Made by a program: the position numbers and the translations under genes
Assembly: GCA_049969675.1 (NCBI GenBank)
Contig: JBMFOP010000043.1
Span: 1 to 26,698 of the forward strand
Origin: Myxococcota bacterium
GTDB taxonomy: Bacteria; Myxococcota; SpSt-1050
Direction of reading: 5' to 3'
Length of the DNA: 26,698 nucleotides
Notes under the pieces: generated by a model
Seen by the model: only the letters and a program-made list of their open reading frames with translations
Databases searched by the model: none
Told to the model about the DNA's origin: nothing
In this document: positions 8,362-17,549 of the stretch, piece by piece
How positions within the stretch are numbered: the first letter of the stretch is position 1
Layout of the letters: each line of letters starts with the position of its first letter

Positions 8362-11280
8362 ATGAAATATCAACCATATTTGCTCTTTTCAATAGTATGT
8401 ATCTTTCTGTTTTATTTTTGCTCTAATGAAAGCCAGAGTAGGAATGATACAGTTCTGGATGTTATTGAAGACATCACATCTATAGACACATATCCTAATA
8501 AATGTGTCAGGAAATCGGATTGCGAGAGTGGTATGTATTGTGATAGAGATAAAAATGAATGTATAGAGGGAGAATGTTTTGACAATACAGATTGCCAAAA
8601 AGGATTTCTATGTGATTCAGCCCGACACTATTGCTACTTTGTAGGATGTTCAAAGAATGAAGACTGCAAAGATGGGATATGTAAGAAAAGGACCGGGGAG
8701 TGCGTAGGATGTCTTATAGATGCAGATTGCAAATCTGGTAATTGTAATAGTGCAATTGGAATCTGTCTTTACAATAATTGCACAGACGACAAACTTGAAC
8801 CTAATGACTCATTTTCACAGGCATACCAACTAAATGCCGGTACCAGAAAGCTGACATTATGTCCCAAGGACGATGATTACTTTAAGGTCTCTCTCTCTTA
8901 TAAGGACAAATTGAGCGTCAAACTCCGAACATCATCAGTTAAGACAGTTACAATCTATTTATATTATGAAAAAGACTTAAATAATCCAATTTCATTTACC
9001 AATATTATAAATTCTGGAGAGTTGACCCTTCCATCCGCCCCAGAAACTGGAGCATATTTTATAAAGGTTGTGTCCACAGACTCTACAGTCAATTATGAGA
9101 TTGAGATTGATAGAATCTCTTCTGTATCATCCTGCATCAATGATATATTTGAAGAGAATGATTCAGAGTCATCAGCCAGAAATATCACGACCGGTATATA
9201 TAAAGAACTCGTCCTGTGTCCTGATGAAAGAGACTTTTATAAGATAAACCTGAATAAAGGAGATAATTTAGAAATTACAATTATCGGAGAAGGTATAAAT
9301 GCCACATTTTATTCTACAACCGAAAACCTGAAAAATATAAATATCGGAACCAAATCATTAATAAATATTGAAAATTCAAATACCTATTTTTTACTGATAG
9401 ACTCAGATGAAAATAAAACACATCTCTATTCTATAGAGATTAAGATTAATAGTAGTATGCAGTGTAATGATGATATGTTTGAGGAGAATGATAGTCCCGG
9501 CGCAGCCATGGAGATACCTCTAAATAAAACAACCAATCTCAATCTCTGCCCATACGATGACGACTGGTTTTTAATAAAGTCTTACGGAAGACCTACAAAG
9601 ATCACCCTTGAATCAGAGATAAATCTCCCATTTGAAGTATATTCATTAAACAATACTACAGAACCTATTTTATATTCAGATGAACTAAACTCAAAGACTC
9701 AGATTGCAGAATTTGAGAATCTTCCTGATTTATTACTGATAAAAGTTCCGTCTTCATCAAACTCACTATCCTATACTCTCAGAGTGGATTCGCAGACAGA
9801 CATATGTGTGGATGACCCATTTGAACCCAACAATTCCAGATCCGGAGCCAAAATCATTAAGGAAGGAGAATATAATTCCCTGATGCTCTGTCTATCAGAT
9901 GAAGATTATTACGCAATCCAGCTAAACAGAGGAGATAACATAAATATTGATGTTAAATTTGATAATTCAAAGGCAGATATTGATATAATACTATTTGACC
10001 CATTATTTAGAGAGTCTGCCTATTCAATCAGTTCAAGTGGAGTGGAGAATATCTCTTATACAGCAGATAGTTCCGGGGATTATGTGCTAAATGTATTTGC
10101 ATGGGATAATGGCTCTTCACCGTATCAGATGAATATTAAAATAAATAGGCCTCAACTATGTGCCGACGACAGATTTGAAGAGAATGATTCAATTAAGACC
10201 GCCACCAAACTTAACTCCGATGAAATCTATGGTCTTAAAATCTGTCCTACTGATTATGATTACTATTCCATAATTCTTAATCAAGGAGATAGATTATCAA
10301 CAGGTGTATTTTATACAGAGAAAGATGGTAAACTCTACTCTGCCCTCCTCTCTTCAGATGGAAAGACCGTTCTTGCAACAGGGGAGAACCAGAGTGGAGA
10401 TATTGTGCTAAATATTACGGCCACATATTCTGGTGAATATATCCTGCTTGTGCGCGGGGTTGATAATGATACAACAAATAATTATGATATTCTGATTGAT
10501 ATTCAGCGAAATAATACCTGTGCAGATGATTTATATGAAGAGAATGATTCATTTCAGTACGCACCTGCAATACCATCCGGTGAGATATCTCAACTTATAT
10601 TGTGTCCTCAAGAAATAGATGTCTATAAGGTATATCTGAATTCAAATGATACTATCCTCTCTGAGATCTCGGTCTCAAATTCAGATACAGCAGATTATTC
10701 AATTACACTCTATGACCCATCAGGGAATATTATGGATTCAGCAGGAGGCAGAGATAAAAACAAATCTGTTATCTCTGAAATTACCTATTCTGGATATTAC
10801 TATATATACATCAAAAACAACTCATCCAGCATTTACAATTATAGATTGTCTATACAGGTAGATGGTAGCGGAGGAAGATCAGGAGAAGAGACTATTACAA
10901 TTTACCCCTTTGATATAATTGATAAAGACCACCCAGCCCTTTATGAACTAAATTTTGCCAGGACACCTAAGAACGCTGTTGTTGAAAACCTTGTCCTCTC
11001 TTTAATCATTGAGCATAAGAGCCTGAGTGACCTCATTATTCAAGCCCAATATGGTAATACCAGTGAAGTGACTATCTGGGATGGATATGGTGGCACAACT
11101 GATAAAGGCTTTGATGATGATAAAGAAGATGATTCAGATATTGAGCTCTATAATAGAAATATTGCCAATGCAAAAGGGGAAGGTGCCAACAATTCACTTC
11201 TACTAATGATTGACGATATAAGCAATATATATGGTACTGTATTCGTCATTGAAGGGAGATTATTCTGGAAAATCAAATAA
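8362..11280 (+). CDS. Large secreted/lipoprotein: Cys-rich repeats + six PPC-like repeats + C-terminal P-domain-like module
   Basis: AGGAG RBS, hydrophobic leader with Cys (weak lipobox FYFC), Asp-rich linker, and four C-x3-DC units. Six CxDDxxExN[DN]S...LC[PL]xxxDxY repeats follow. The tail LSLIIEHKSLSDLII resembles proprotein-convertase P domains. No catalytic motif seen. Confidence 0.75.
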   Translation: MKYQPYLLFSIVCIFLFYFCSNESQSRNDTVLDVIEDITSIDTYPNKCVRKSDCESGMYCDRDKNECIEGECFDNTDCQKGFLCDSARHYCYFVGCSKNEDCKDGICKKRTGECVGCLIDADCKSGNCNSAIGICLYNNCTDDKLEPNDSFSQAYQLNAGTRKLTLCPKDDDYFKVSLSYKDKLSVKLRTSSVKTVTIYLYYEKDLNNPISFTNIINSGELTLPSAPETGAYFIKVVSTDSTVNYEIEIDRISSVSSCINDIFEENDSESSARNITTGIYKELVLCPDERDFYKINLNKGDNLEITIIGEGINATFYSTTENLKNINIGTKSLINIENSNTYFLLIDSDENKTHLYSIEIKINSSMQCNDDMFEENDSPGAAMEIPLNKTTNLNLCPYDDDWFLIKSYGRPTKITLESEINLPFEVYSLNNTTEPILYSDELNSKTQIAEFENLPDLLLIKVPSSSNSLSYTLRVDSQTDICVDDPFEPNNSRSGAKIIKEGEYNSLMLCLSDEDYYAIQLNRGDNINIDVKFDNSKADIDIILFDPLFRESAYSISSSGVENISYTADSSGDYVLNVFAWDNGSSPYQMNIKINRPQLCADDRFEENDSIKTATKLNSDEIYGLKICPTDYDYYSIILNQGDRLSTGVFYTEKDGKLYSALLSSDGKTVLATGENQSGDIVLNITATYSGEYILLVRGVDNDTTNNYDILIDIQRNNTCADDLYEENDSFQYAPAIPSGEISQLILCPQEIDVYKVYLNSNDTILSEISVSNSDTADYSITLYDPSGNIMDSAGGRDKNKSVISEITYSGYYYIYIKNNSSSIYNYRLSIQVDGSGGRSGEETITIYPFDIIDKDHPALYELNFARTPKNAVVENLVLSLIIEHKSLSDLIIQAQYGNTSEVTIWDGYGGTTDKGFDDDKEDDSDIELYNRNIANAKGEGANNSLLLMIDDISNIYGTVFVIEGRLFWKIK
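8779..10860 (+). repeat. Six tandem 110-120 aa PPC-like domain repeats
   Basis: Repeat heads start at 8779 (CTDDKLEPNDS), 9133 (CINDIFEENDS), 9463 (CNDDMFEENDS), 9805 (CVDDPFEPNNS), 10159 (CADDRFEENDS) and 10519 (CADDLYEENDS). The DNA core gaagagaatgattca recurs. Confidence 0.85.
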
Positions 11281-11347
11281 GTGGACCTGGATTGCAGAGG
11301 CACATAGTCAGAGGAAGGGATTGAATCAACACAGTAAATGCAGCACT

Positions 11348-12307
11348 TTATGGCAATTTTATATCTGAAAAGGCACATTTAGTGGCATCACCCTGCTTCT
11401 CATAACTCTGTGAATTTATAAAGCTCTCGTAATATACTCGTCTAAAATCACTATCCCAGCATTCTGAGAGGTCAATCTCTTTTATCCCCTGTGATTCAAT
11501 ATCTCCCCCTTCTGCCCTTCCATCACATCTCCCACTTCCATCAGATTTCCATCTGGAGAGTAACTTCAAATTTTCAATCTTTCCCTTACTATCAATATCT
11601 GCCTGTGCATCATAAGAGAATTCACCGGCACCATCATCCTCAGCCCTGTATTTATAAACTGAATTTACCGTGCCACTAATATCCCGACCAACAAAGTCAT
11701 TAAATGTTACATCCAGACTATAAGGTGCGTTCTCAGTATTATATATTGCCTCAATCTTACCCTCCTCAACCTTTGATGGGTCCAATGCCTTGATGGTAGT
11801 AAAGTCCACCATCAATGAACCTGTTCCACGTCTATATCTGGTCCCTTTTATATGCTCACCAGAAAAGATGACCTTAAAATCTTCTGAATCTTTATTATGT
11901 GCCTCAAGTTTGTAATTCCACTTACCTTTCTCACTTAGAGTCAATGTAAATCTGTATGTAAGTGGGTCAAGTCCTCCGGGAGTATACGGCCCCCATACCT
12001 TGGTATCACCATCCCTTTTTCCACCCGGTGACTTTGCAATATCTTCTGCCAGAGAGAGAAGATAATATATTGAGCCGTTTACAACCTCAGTGAATCTTCT
12101 TGTCAGGACATAATATTCGGCGATATCACCAACATCTGTCTTCAATACAATATCACCCTCGCCTGTAAGGGCTGTACCCTTCTCTGGAAATTTTATCTTC
12201 AATGATTCCTTATCTGGCAACCCCTCTAAAAAATCCAGTTCACCAGTGCCACAACTTAAAAATAAAGCCATAAAGAAGAAAGTTGTTAAAAGAATTAAAT
12301 TCTTCAT
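11348..12307 (-). CDS. Lipoprotein of unknown function (myxobacterial-type beta-rich lipoprotein)
   Basis: Lipobox LFLSC and AAAGGAGG RBS. Motifs VWGP, SRWKSDGSGRCD, ECWD and terminal CAF. Confidence 0.7.
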   Translation of the reverse strand: MKNLILLTTFFFMALFLSCGTGELDFLEGLPDKESLKIKFPEKGTALTGEGDIVLKTDVGDIAEYYVLTRRFTEVVNGSIYYLLSLAEDIAKSPGGKRDGDTKVWGPYTPGGLDPLTYRFTLTLSEKGKWNYKLEAHNKDSEDFKVIFSGEHIKGTRYRRGTGSLMVDFTTIKALDPSKVEEGKIEAIYNTENAPYSLDVTFNDFVGRDISGTVNSVYKYRAEDDGAGEFSYDAQADIDSKGKIENLKLLSRWKSDGSGRCDGRAEGGDIESQGIKEIDLSECWDSDFRRVYYESFINSQSYEKQGDATKCAFSDIKLP

Positions 12308-12332
12308 AATAGATGCCTCCTTTAATATATTG

Positions 12333-12360
12333 ATTTTAATTTATTCATTCTATATGTCAA
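12333..12360 (-). promoter_or_regulatory. Putative sigma70 promoter for the 12307 lipoprotein
   Basis: Minus strand: TTGACA (12360-12355), 16-bp spacer, TAAAAT (12338-12333), then AAAGGAGG RBS. Confidence 0.5.
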
Positions 12361-12745
12361 GTAAATCCTTTTGTTCTTATTCAAAATTTTCCCTTAGGCT
12401 GAAATCAAACTTTCTTAATTTAACCATCTGTCCAGAATAAATTTTAATTGAGCCCTCAAAGATATTGAATTTTTAAGACCTAATCTAATCTATTTTTTAG
12501 ATAAAAACACAGATCTGCTTAGTTAACATGCTGAACAGATTTGACAAAGACACAGGTCTGGGTTTAACTCAATATCACACAAAAAGTGGTAGGTCATTAT
12601 GAAGATTTTTAATATATCCAGAGATTTTCAGATAAAAAGATTGATTATTATTACTTTCTTGTATATATTCTGCCCATTTTCTTGTTGCAATTTAGAAAAC
12701 ATATAGTTAAATAGGAAATCCATTTTCAGAGAGGATTTTTTACTT

Positions 12746-14482
12746 ATGAACAGAAGATATTTAGTACTTTTTATCATCTTGATTATGCTCTTTATATCTG
12801 GATTTATATGCACGAGGAAGGAGATGCTTTCGGGCAATCAGAAGGAGATTAAAGCAAAAGAAAGCCCCATTATATCCTCAAACAATAATATCACGCCATT
12901 CTCAAAAGAGGGAAATGAGTTCATAAAATATTACGACTCAAATAAAGGTAAATTGGATTATAATACATTTATAAGGAATCTCTCAATTTTGGCCGATGGT
13001 ATGAAGTTTGACGAAGTAAAGAAGCTGGTGGAGTATGTAGATGGTGAGGCAAAAGAGGTCCTGCATTACAGAGTAATTAGATTTTATCTACATTATGGAG
13101 AGCTATATAAACTTAATAAAGAGATACAGGAGTTCAAGAAGAGATATCCCAATTCGTTCTTTATCAAAGAGATAATCCCCATTGAGAAGAATATCCAGAA
13201 TATAGTCTCAGTACAGCCAAATAAAGTAGGACTTCTACTCCCAACCTCTGGTAAATATAAGACATTTGGAGAGCAGTTTATAAAGAATCTTGAGTTATTT
13301 CCAGACTTTCTGAGGGTTGAAAATCCAGATGAAAATGACCTCAGATATATTAGTTCTGACGGTATTGAATTTATATTTAGAGACACATCTGGAGATGAGA
13401 ATAAGGTTGAAAAGGCAATTAATGATTTAATACTCAAGGAGAATGTAATCGCCATTCTCGGCCCGGTATTCCTTCAGGAGAGTATTAAGGCGGCATCCAT
13501 TGCAAATAAATACAGGATCCCAATAATTATCCTCTCCCGCAAGGATGATATTACTGAACAGGGTGAATATGTATTCAGGAATTGTCTTACAAACAAGATG
13601 CAAGCCACATATCTTGCCAGATATGCAATAGAGAAGCTCAAAATTGAGCGATTCGGCATCATCTACCCAAATAACAGTTATGGTGTAGAGCTCACAAACT
13701 ACTTCTGGGATGAGATTGAACGAAATAACAAAGAGATTACAGGGGTTGAATTCTATGAGGTTGACCAGACTACTTTCACCGCACCTGCCCGGAAGATAAC
13801 TGGTAAATTCTACCCCGAACTCAGGACCAAAAAGAGGACTGAAGAGATTGAACTCCCAAAATGGGCAGAAGGACTTTCAGGTGCGAGGCTTGAGGCACTT
13901 CTAAAGAAGATGAAGTCAAATCTCCCCCCTATTGTGGACTTTGATGCCCTCTTTATTCCGGATTACTATGACAAGGCTTCTCTGGTAGTTCCAGCTGTGG
14001 CTTATGAGGATGTGATGTTTACCAGTGCAAAGAAGAAGGAACTGGAGAATGCACAGAAGGTCCTGGGGGTTGATACTATTAAGCCAGTACAACTGCTGGG
14101 TGCAAATGGCTGGAATTCGGATGAACTGATTAAGCGAATGGGGAAATATGCCGAAAATGCAATATTTATTGATGGATTCTTTGCGGGCTCGGAGAATGAG
14201 GCAACGAAAAAATATGTCTCTATCTATTCTGCCCGATATCAGACAAAACCAAATCTGATAGACTCCCAGTTCTACGATACTATACTGATAACATTGAATA
14301 TCTTACGAGATAAGAGACCACAGACAAGAGACGAATTTAAGGATTCTTTGAGCAGAGTTCAGGGACTTACAGGTTCTGCAGGGGAGATCAATGTCAATAA
14401 TCAGAGAGAGATACTCAGACCCCTCAAGATCTTATCTGTTAAAGACCAGAATATAGTTGAGATTGATGAAATCAGGTTTTGA
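12746..14482 (+). CDS. LpoA/LppC-like penicillin-binding protein activator (type I periplasmic-binding-protein fold)
   Basis: KVGLLLPTSGKY, RDTSGD, VIAILGP, IIYPNNSYG, FDALFIPD, VQLLGANGWN. N-terminal membrane/lipoprotein leader and a short helical region ending RYPNS. Confidence 0.75.
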   Translation: MNRRYLVLFIILIMLFISGFICTRKEMLSGNQKEIKAKESPIISSNNNITPFSKEGNEFIKYYDSNKGKLDYNTFIRNLSILADGMKFDEVKKLVEYVDGEAKEVLHYRVIRFYLHYGELYKLNKEIQEFKKRYPNSFFIKEIIPIEKNIQNIVSVQPNKVGLLLPTSGKYKTFGEQFIKNLELFPDFLRVENPDENDLRYISSDGIEFIFRDTSGDENKVEKAINDLILKENVIAILGPVFLQESIKAASIANKYRIPIIILSRKDDITEQGEYVFRNCLTNKMQATYLARYAIEKLKIERFGIIYPNNSYGVELTNYFWDEIERNNKEITGVEFYEVDQTTFTAPARKITGKFYPELRTKKRTEEIELPKWAEGLSGARLEALLKKMKSNLPPIVDFDALFIPDYYDKASLVVPAVAYEDVMFTSAKKKELENAQKVLGVDTIKPVQLLGANGWNSDELIKRMGKYAENAIFIDGFFAGSENEATKKYVSIYSARYQTKPNLIDSQFYDTILITLNILRDKRPQTRDEFKDSLSRVQGLTGSAGEINVNNQREILRPLKILSVKDQNIVEIDEIRF

Positions 14483-15348
14483 TGCCACTTCTTCTACTAA
14501 CAAATCTTATAATACTTACACTCAATGGTCAGACATATTATCACCTGAGACCCCTCAACTCATTAGAAAATGAACAGGATAGTTGTTATAACTGTCACAC
14601 CTCAATTGTCCTGAATAAAAAGGACTTTTTACCAGTCTTACTTGAGAGAGATTCTGTTCATTTCAAAAATGGTAAATATTGTTCAGATTGTCATAAGACG
14701 GAGCATCTGTTATTAAAGAGATTTGATACAGATAGAGATAGAATATTCTCTGTCTGTCCGTTCTACAAAAAAGTAATAAGTGATAGGAATAAGATTAATG
14801 AGATTTGTGGTTCCTGCCACAATAAGCAGATGGAGGATATGCTCTCTGGCGTCCACAAAAACAAATTGAGTTGCACCTTCTGTCATTCTAATCATGGGAT
14901 AAAGAAGGCAAATCTTGACATCATAAGACCCGAGAGATGTTCAGAATGTCATAAATATTCAGATATAGCGCCCATAAGAGATGAATTTAGAAAGGCAGAG
15001 ACGGTGCTGCTTGCAACAGAGTCAAATCTAAATAGATATAAAACAGAGTTGCCAGAACTTTATAACAGATACAAACAAAAGATAAATCTCGCGAGAGAGA
15101 GTATGAAATCCTTAAGACATAGATTAAACAGGGCGGAGATCTCCTCAAATATAAATCATATACTCTTACTCTCCGGACATATAAGGAAGGAGATAACATC
15201 AGAGGAGGAGAGGATAAAGGTAAAGAGACTGATAACTATTGGAATTACCTTGATAATTATACTTGCCATAATAGGGGTTTTGTATTATTTATACCAGTAT
15301 TATAAGTGGAGAAGAACTTTGAATAGAAACACTTTTTTCAAGGAGTGA
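14482..15348 (+). CDS. Pentaheme c-type cytochrome with C-terminal membrane anchor
   Basis: Five CxxCH motifs: CYNCH (14584), CSDCH (14680), CGSCH (14806), CTFCH (14872), CSECH (14938). Extra His in SVH/GVH, N-terminal leader, helical stalk and C-terminal TM helix. TGATG overlap with the upstream stop (track start is TTG 14479). Confidence 0.85.
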   Translation: MPLLLLTNLIILTLNGQTYYHLRPLNSLENEQDSCYNCHTSIVLNKKDFLPVLLERDSVHFKNGKYCSDCHKTEHLLLKRFDTDRDRIFSVCPFYKKVISDRNKINEICGSCHNKQMEDMLSGVHKNKLSCTFCHSNHGIKKANLDIIRPERCSECHKYSDIAPIRDEFRKAETVLLATESNLNRYKTELPELYNRYKQKINLARESMKSLRHRLNRAEISSNINHILLLSGHIRKEITSEEERIKVKRLITIGITLIIILAIIGVLYYLYQYYKWRRTLNRNTFFKE

Positions 15349-15352
15349 ATAG

Positions 15353-17068
15353 ATGCCACAATTAAAGAAAAGAATTTTATTTGTCTTCATTGTTTTATGT
15401 ATTCCTCTTTTTCTATCTGCACAGGACGCCCCCAAAAAACCTGTAAAGATAACAGAAGAGACAGTCAATCAAATATGCAATGACGCTATCACAAAGTTTT
15501 TTAGCGAAGAAAGACCCAAACTAATTGAGGAAAACAAGAAGATAATTGAAGAGGCAATAAAGGCGGCACAGGAGGAGAATAAGAAGACCCTTGAAGAGTT
15601 AGAGAGACATATTCTGGAAACAGCCGATAAGAATACTGAGGCAAAGGCAAAGACCATATCTGAAGAGACAGTCAGGTCAAAGATTGAGGAATATGAGAAG
15701 AGACAGAGAGAGGCAGAGAGGCTAAAAGCAATTGGTGGTCCTGGATTTATATATGACGATGATACAATTTTTAGATTTTACTTTGACACACTAATAAGAG
15801 GTGAGGCATATTACAACCAGACTGATTATAATAGCTCTACAGATGACTCTGAGATGAGGATATTGCAGAGGAGTATATTTGGAGGAAGTGTATCGTACAA
15901 AGATAAATTATCAGCACGATATAAATTGAGACACACTCAGGTCTGGGGGGACCAGAATCTAAATATCTTCACAAGGGTAAAAGATTCATCTGTAAACATC
16001 CCATCTGATTCGGTAATTAATTCAATCTATAAGGGCAATTACGGGATTGGAACCTATGAGGCATCCATTGAGATCGGGAATTTCAGAGGTATCCCTCTCT
16101 CCCTTGAGGCTGGACTTTTGAGGCTCAACTACGGAGATGGGAGATTCCTGGGAAACTCTTTTAAATGGTTTATTGAGGCTGAGCCCAGTACCGCAGCTGT
16201 ATTAAAGTATAACTTCTTAGGACATCAGATTCATCTGATTTACTCCAAGATTAGAGAATCAGAAGTCCTCACCATCAATGGAAAGATGTATAAGACACCC
16301 GGTGATGACCTGATTGGGGCATACTACACTTATAAGATTTCAGATGATATTATTCTGGATGGGTATGGATTCTATAATAGAGTCGGTCCCAATCTCAATT
16401 CAACATCTGGAGAGGATATCAATGTAGGGACATTAGGGGTGAGGACTGACTCAATATTTGGCAAACTCAAACTGAATGCAGAACTTATCTTTCAATTTGG
16501 TAAAAATAGAGAAAGGGACCATATAGCAGGTGCAGCAGATATCAATCTGAGATATCACCTGCCACTCAATATGTCACCATATGTATGGGCTGGATTTGCC
16601 TATGCCACCGGTGATTCTGGTTCAAAAGATACATCCTTACAATTCCTCCAATTTTATGGAAATAACGAATGTAGATATGGTATACTGAATCAGACTGCCC
16701 TTTCAAATATTATATTACCAATGGCTGGAGCTGGATTTTATCCACTCTCAAGATTAAATATTGTACTAAATTACTACTACTTTATATTAGCCTCCTCCAA
16801 GGGGATGGTCTACGACGCAAGATATAATCTCTCTTTATATGACCCAAAAGGTGAGAATGGTAGAAATTTTGGCTGGGAGACAGACCTATTGATCAAATTC
16901 CATTACAATAAATATCTGACACTCTCTGCTGGATATGCCATTGAACAGCCCCTTGATTATCAGATAAATCAGGCGAGTTATATCTATAAAGATGTAAAGG
17001 GGAACCAGATAGTATTTGGGAATGACTTTGTACACTATGGATTTGGGATGGTCAATCTCAACTTTTAA
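15353..17068 (+). CDS. Outer-membrane porin, alginate-export (AlgE)-like, with N-terminal coiled coil
   Basis: Signal peptide ending LSA, then ~90 aa E/K-rich coiled coil. Barrel begins IRGEAY...ILQR and includes LNYGDGRFLG, YATGDS, FGWETDL and C-terminal LNF. Confidence 0.7.
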   Translation: MPQLKKRILFVFIVLCIPLFLSAQDAPKKPVKITEETVNQICNDAITKFFSEERPKLIEENKKIIEEAIKAAQEENKKTLEELERHILETADKNTEAKAKTISEETVRSKIEEYEKRQREAERLKAIGGPGFIYDDDTIFRFYFDTLIRGEAYYNQTDYNSSTDDSEMRILQRSIFGGSVSYKDKLSARYKLRHTQVWGDQNLNIFTRVKDSSVNIPSDSVINSIYKGNYGIGTYEASIEIGNFRGIPLSLEAGLLRLNYGDGRFLGNSFKWFIEAEPSTAAVLKYNFLGHQIHLIYSKIRESEVLTINGKMYKTPGDDLIGAYYTYKISDDIILDGYGFYNRVGPNLNSTSGEDINVGTLGVRTDSIFGKLKLNAELIFQFGKNRERDHIAGAADINLRYHLPLNMSPYVWAGFAYATGDSGSKDTSLQFLQFYGNNECRYGILNQTALSNIILPMAGAGFYPLSRLNIVLNYYYFILASSKGMVYDARYNLSLYDPKGENGRNFGWETDLLIKFHYNKYLTLSAGYAIEQPLDYQINQASYIYKDVKGNQIVFGNDFVHYGFGMVNLNF

Positions 17069-17090
17069 TAAACTTTAGAGAGGTAAACCT

Positions 17091-17528
17091 ATGAGCAACA
17101 CATTTGAATTTGAGATAGATACAAAATTCTATCCACAGGATGCAGTCTATTCAGTTGCTTATCTATTACTTGAAAAATATTATATTAAACTCAAGAGTGG
17201 TAAGAAAAATAGTATAATTATGCAACTGACCTCAGAAGAGAAACTCTCAGAAGAGGAGAAGAGAGGGCTCTCAAGGAGGATTGAACAGGAACTCATTAAT
17301 CAGACTTTAAGACTCAAGATTGCCAAAGAGAATCAGAAACTGAGAGAATATATAATTGGTAAAGCACTTTTAGGGGCACAGTTCGGCACCATTGATAGCA
17401 GTGCTCAACAAGAGACTCAGGATGCTGATTACATTGACGACCCACTCGGGATAGCGACTCCCTGGGAAGAGAAGAAGAAAGGCACGAAGAAGAGCACCAG
17501 AAAGGGTAGCAGGAAGAAAAAAGACTAA
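17091..17528 (+). CDS. hxsD: HxsD-like protein (His-Xaa-Ser system protein D family)
   Basis: IDTKFYPQDAVYSVAYLL, ELINQTLRLKIAKENQKLREYIIGKAL and DDPLGIATPWEEK match my recollection of the HxsD pattern. GAGAGG RBS. Confidence 0.65.
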   Translation: MSNTFEFEIDTKFYPQDAVYSVAYLLLEKYYIKLKSGKKNSIIMQLTSEEKLSEEEKRGLSRRIEQELINQTLRLKIAKENQKLREYIIGKALLGAQFGTIDSSAQQETQDADYIDDPLGIATPWEEKKKGTKKSTRKGSRKKKD

Positions 17529-17549
17529 AATTTCAGATAATAATTTCAG

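Noticed and set aside
8779..10560. Regularly spaced gaagagaatgattca repeats as a CRISPR-like array or DGR
   Set aside because: They are in-frame coding repeats 330-360 bp apart, with no cas or reverse transcriptase gene.
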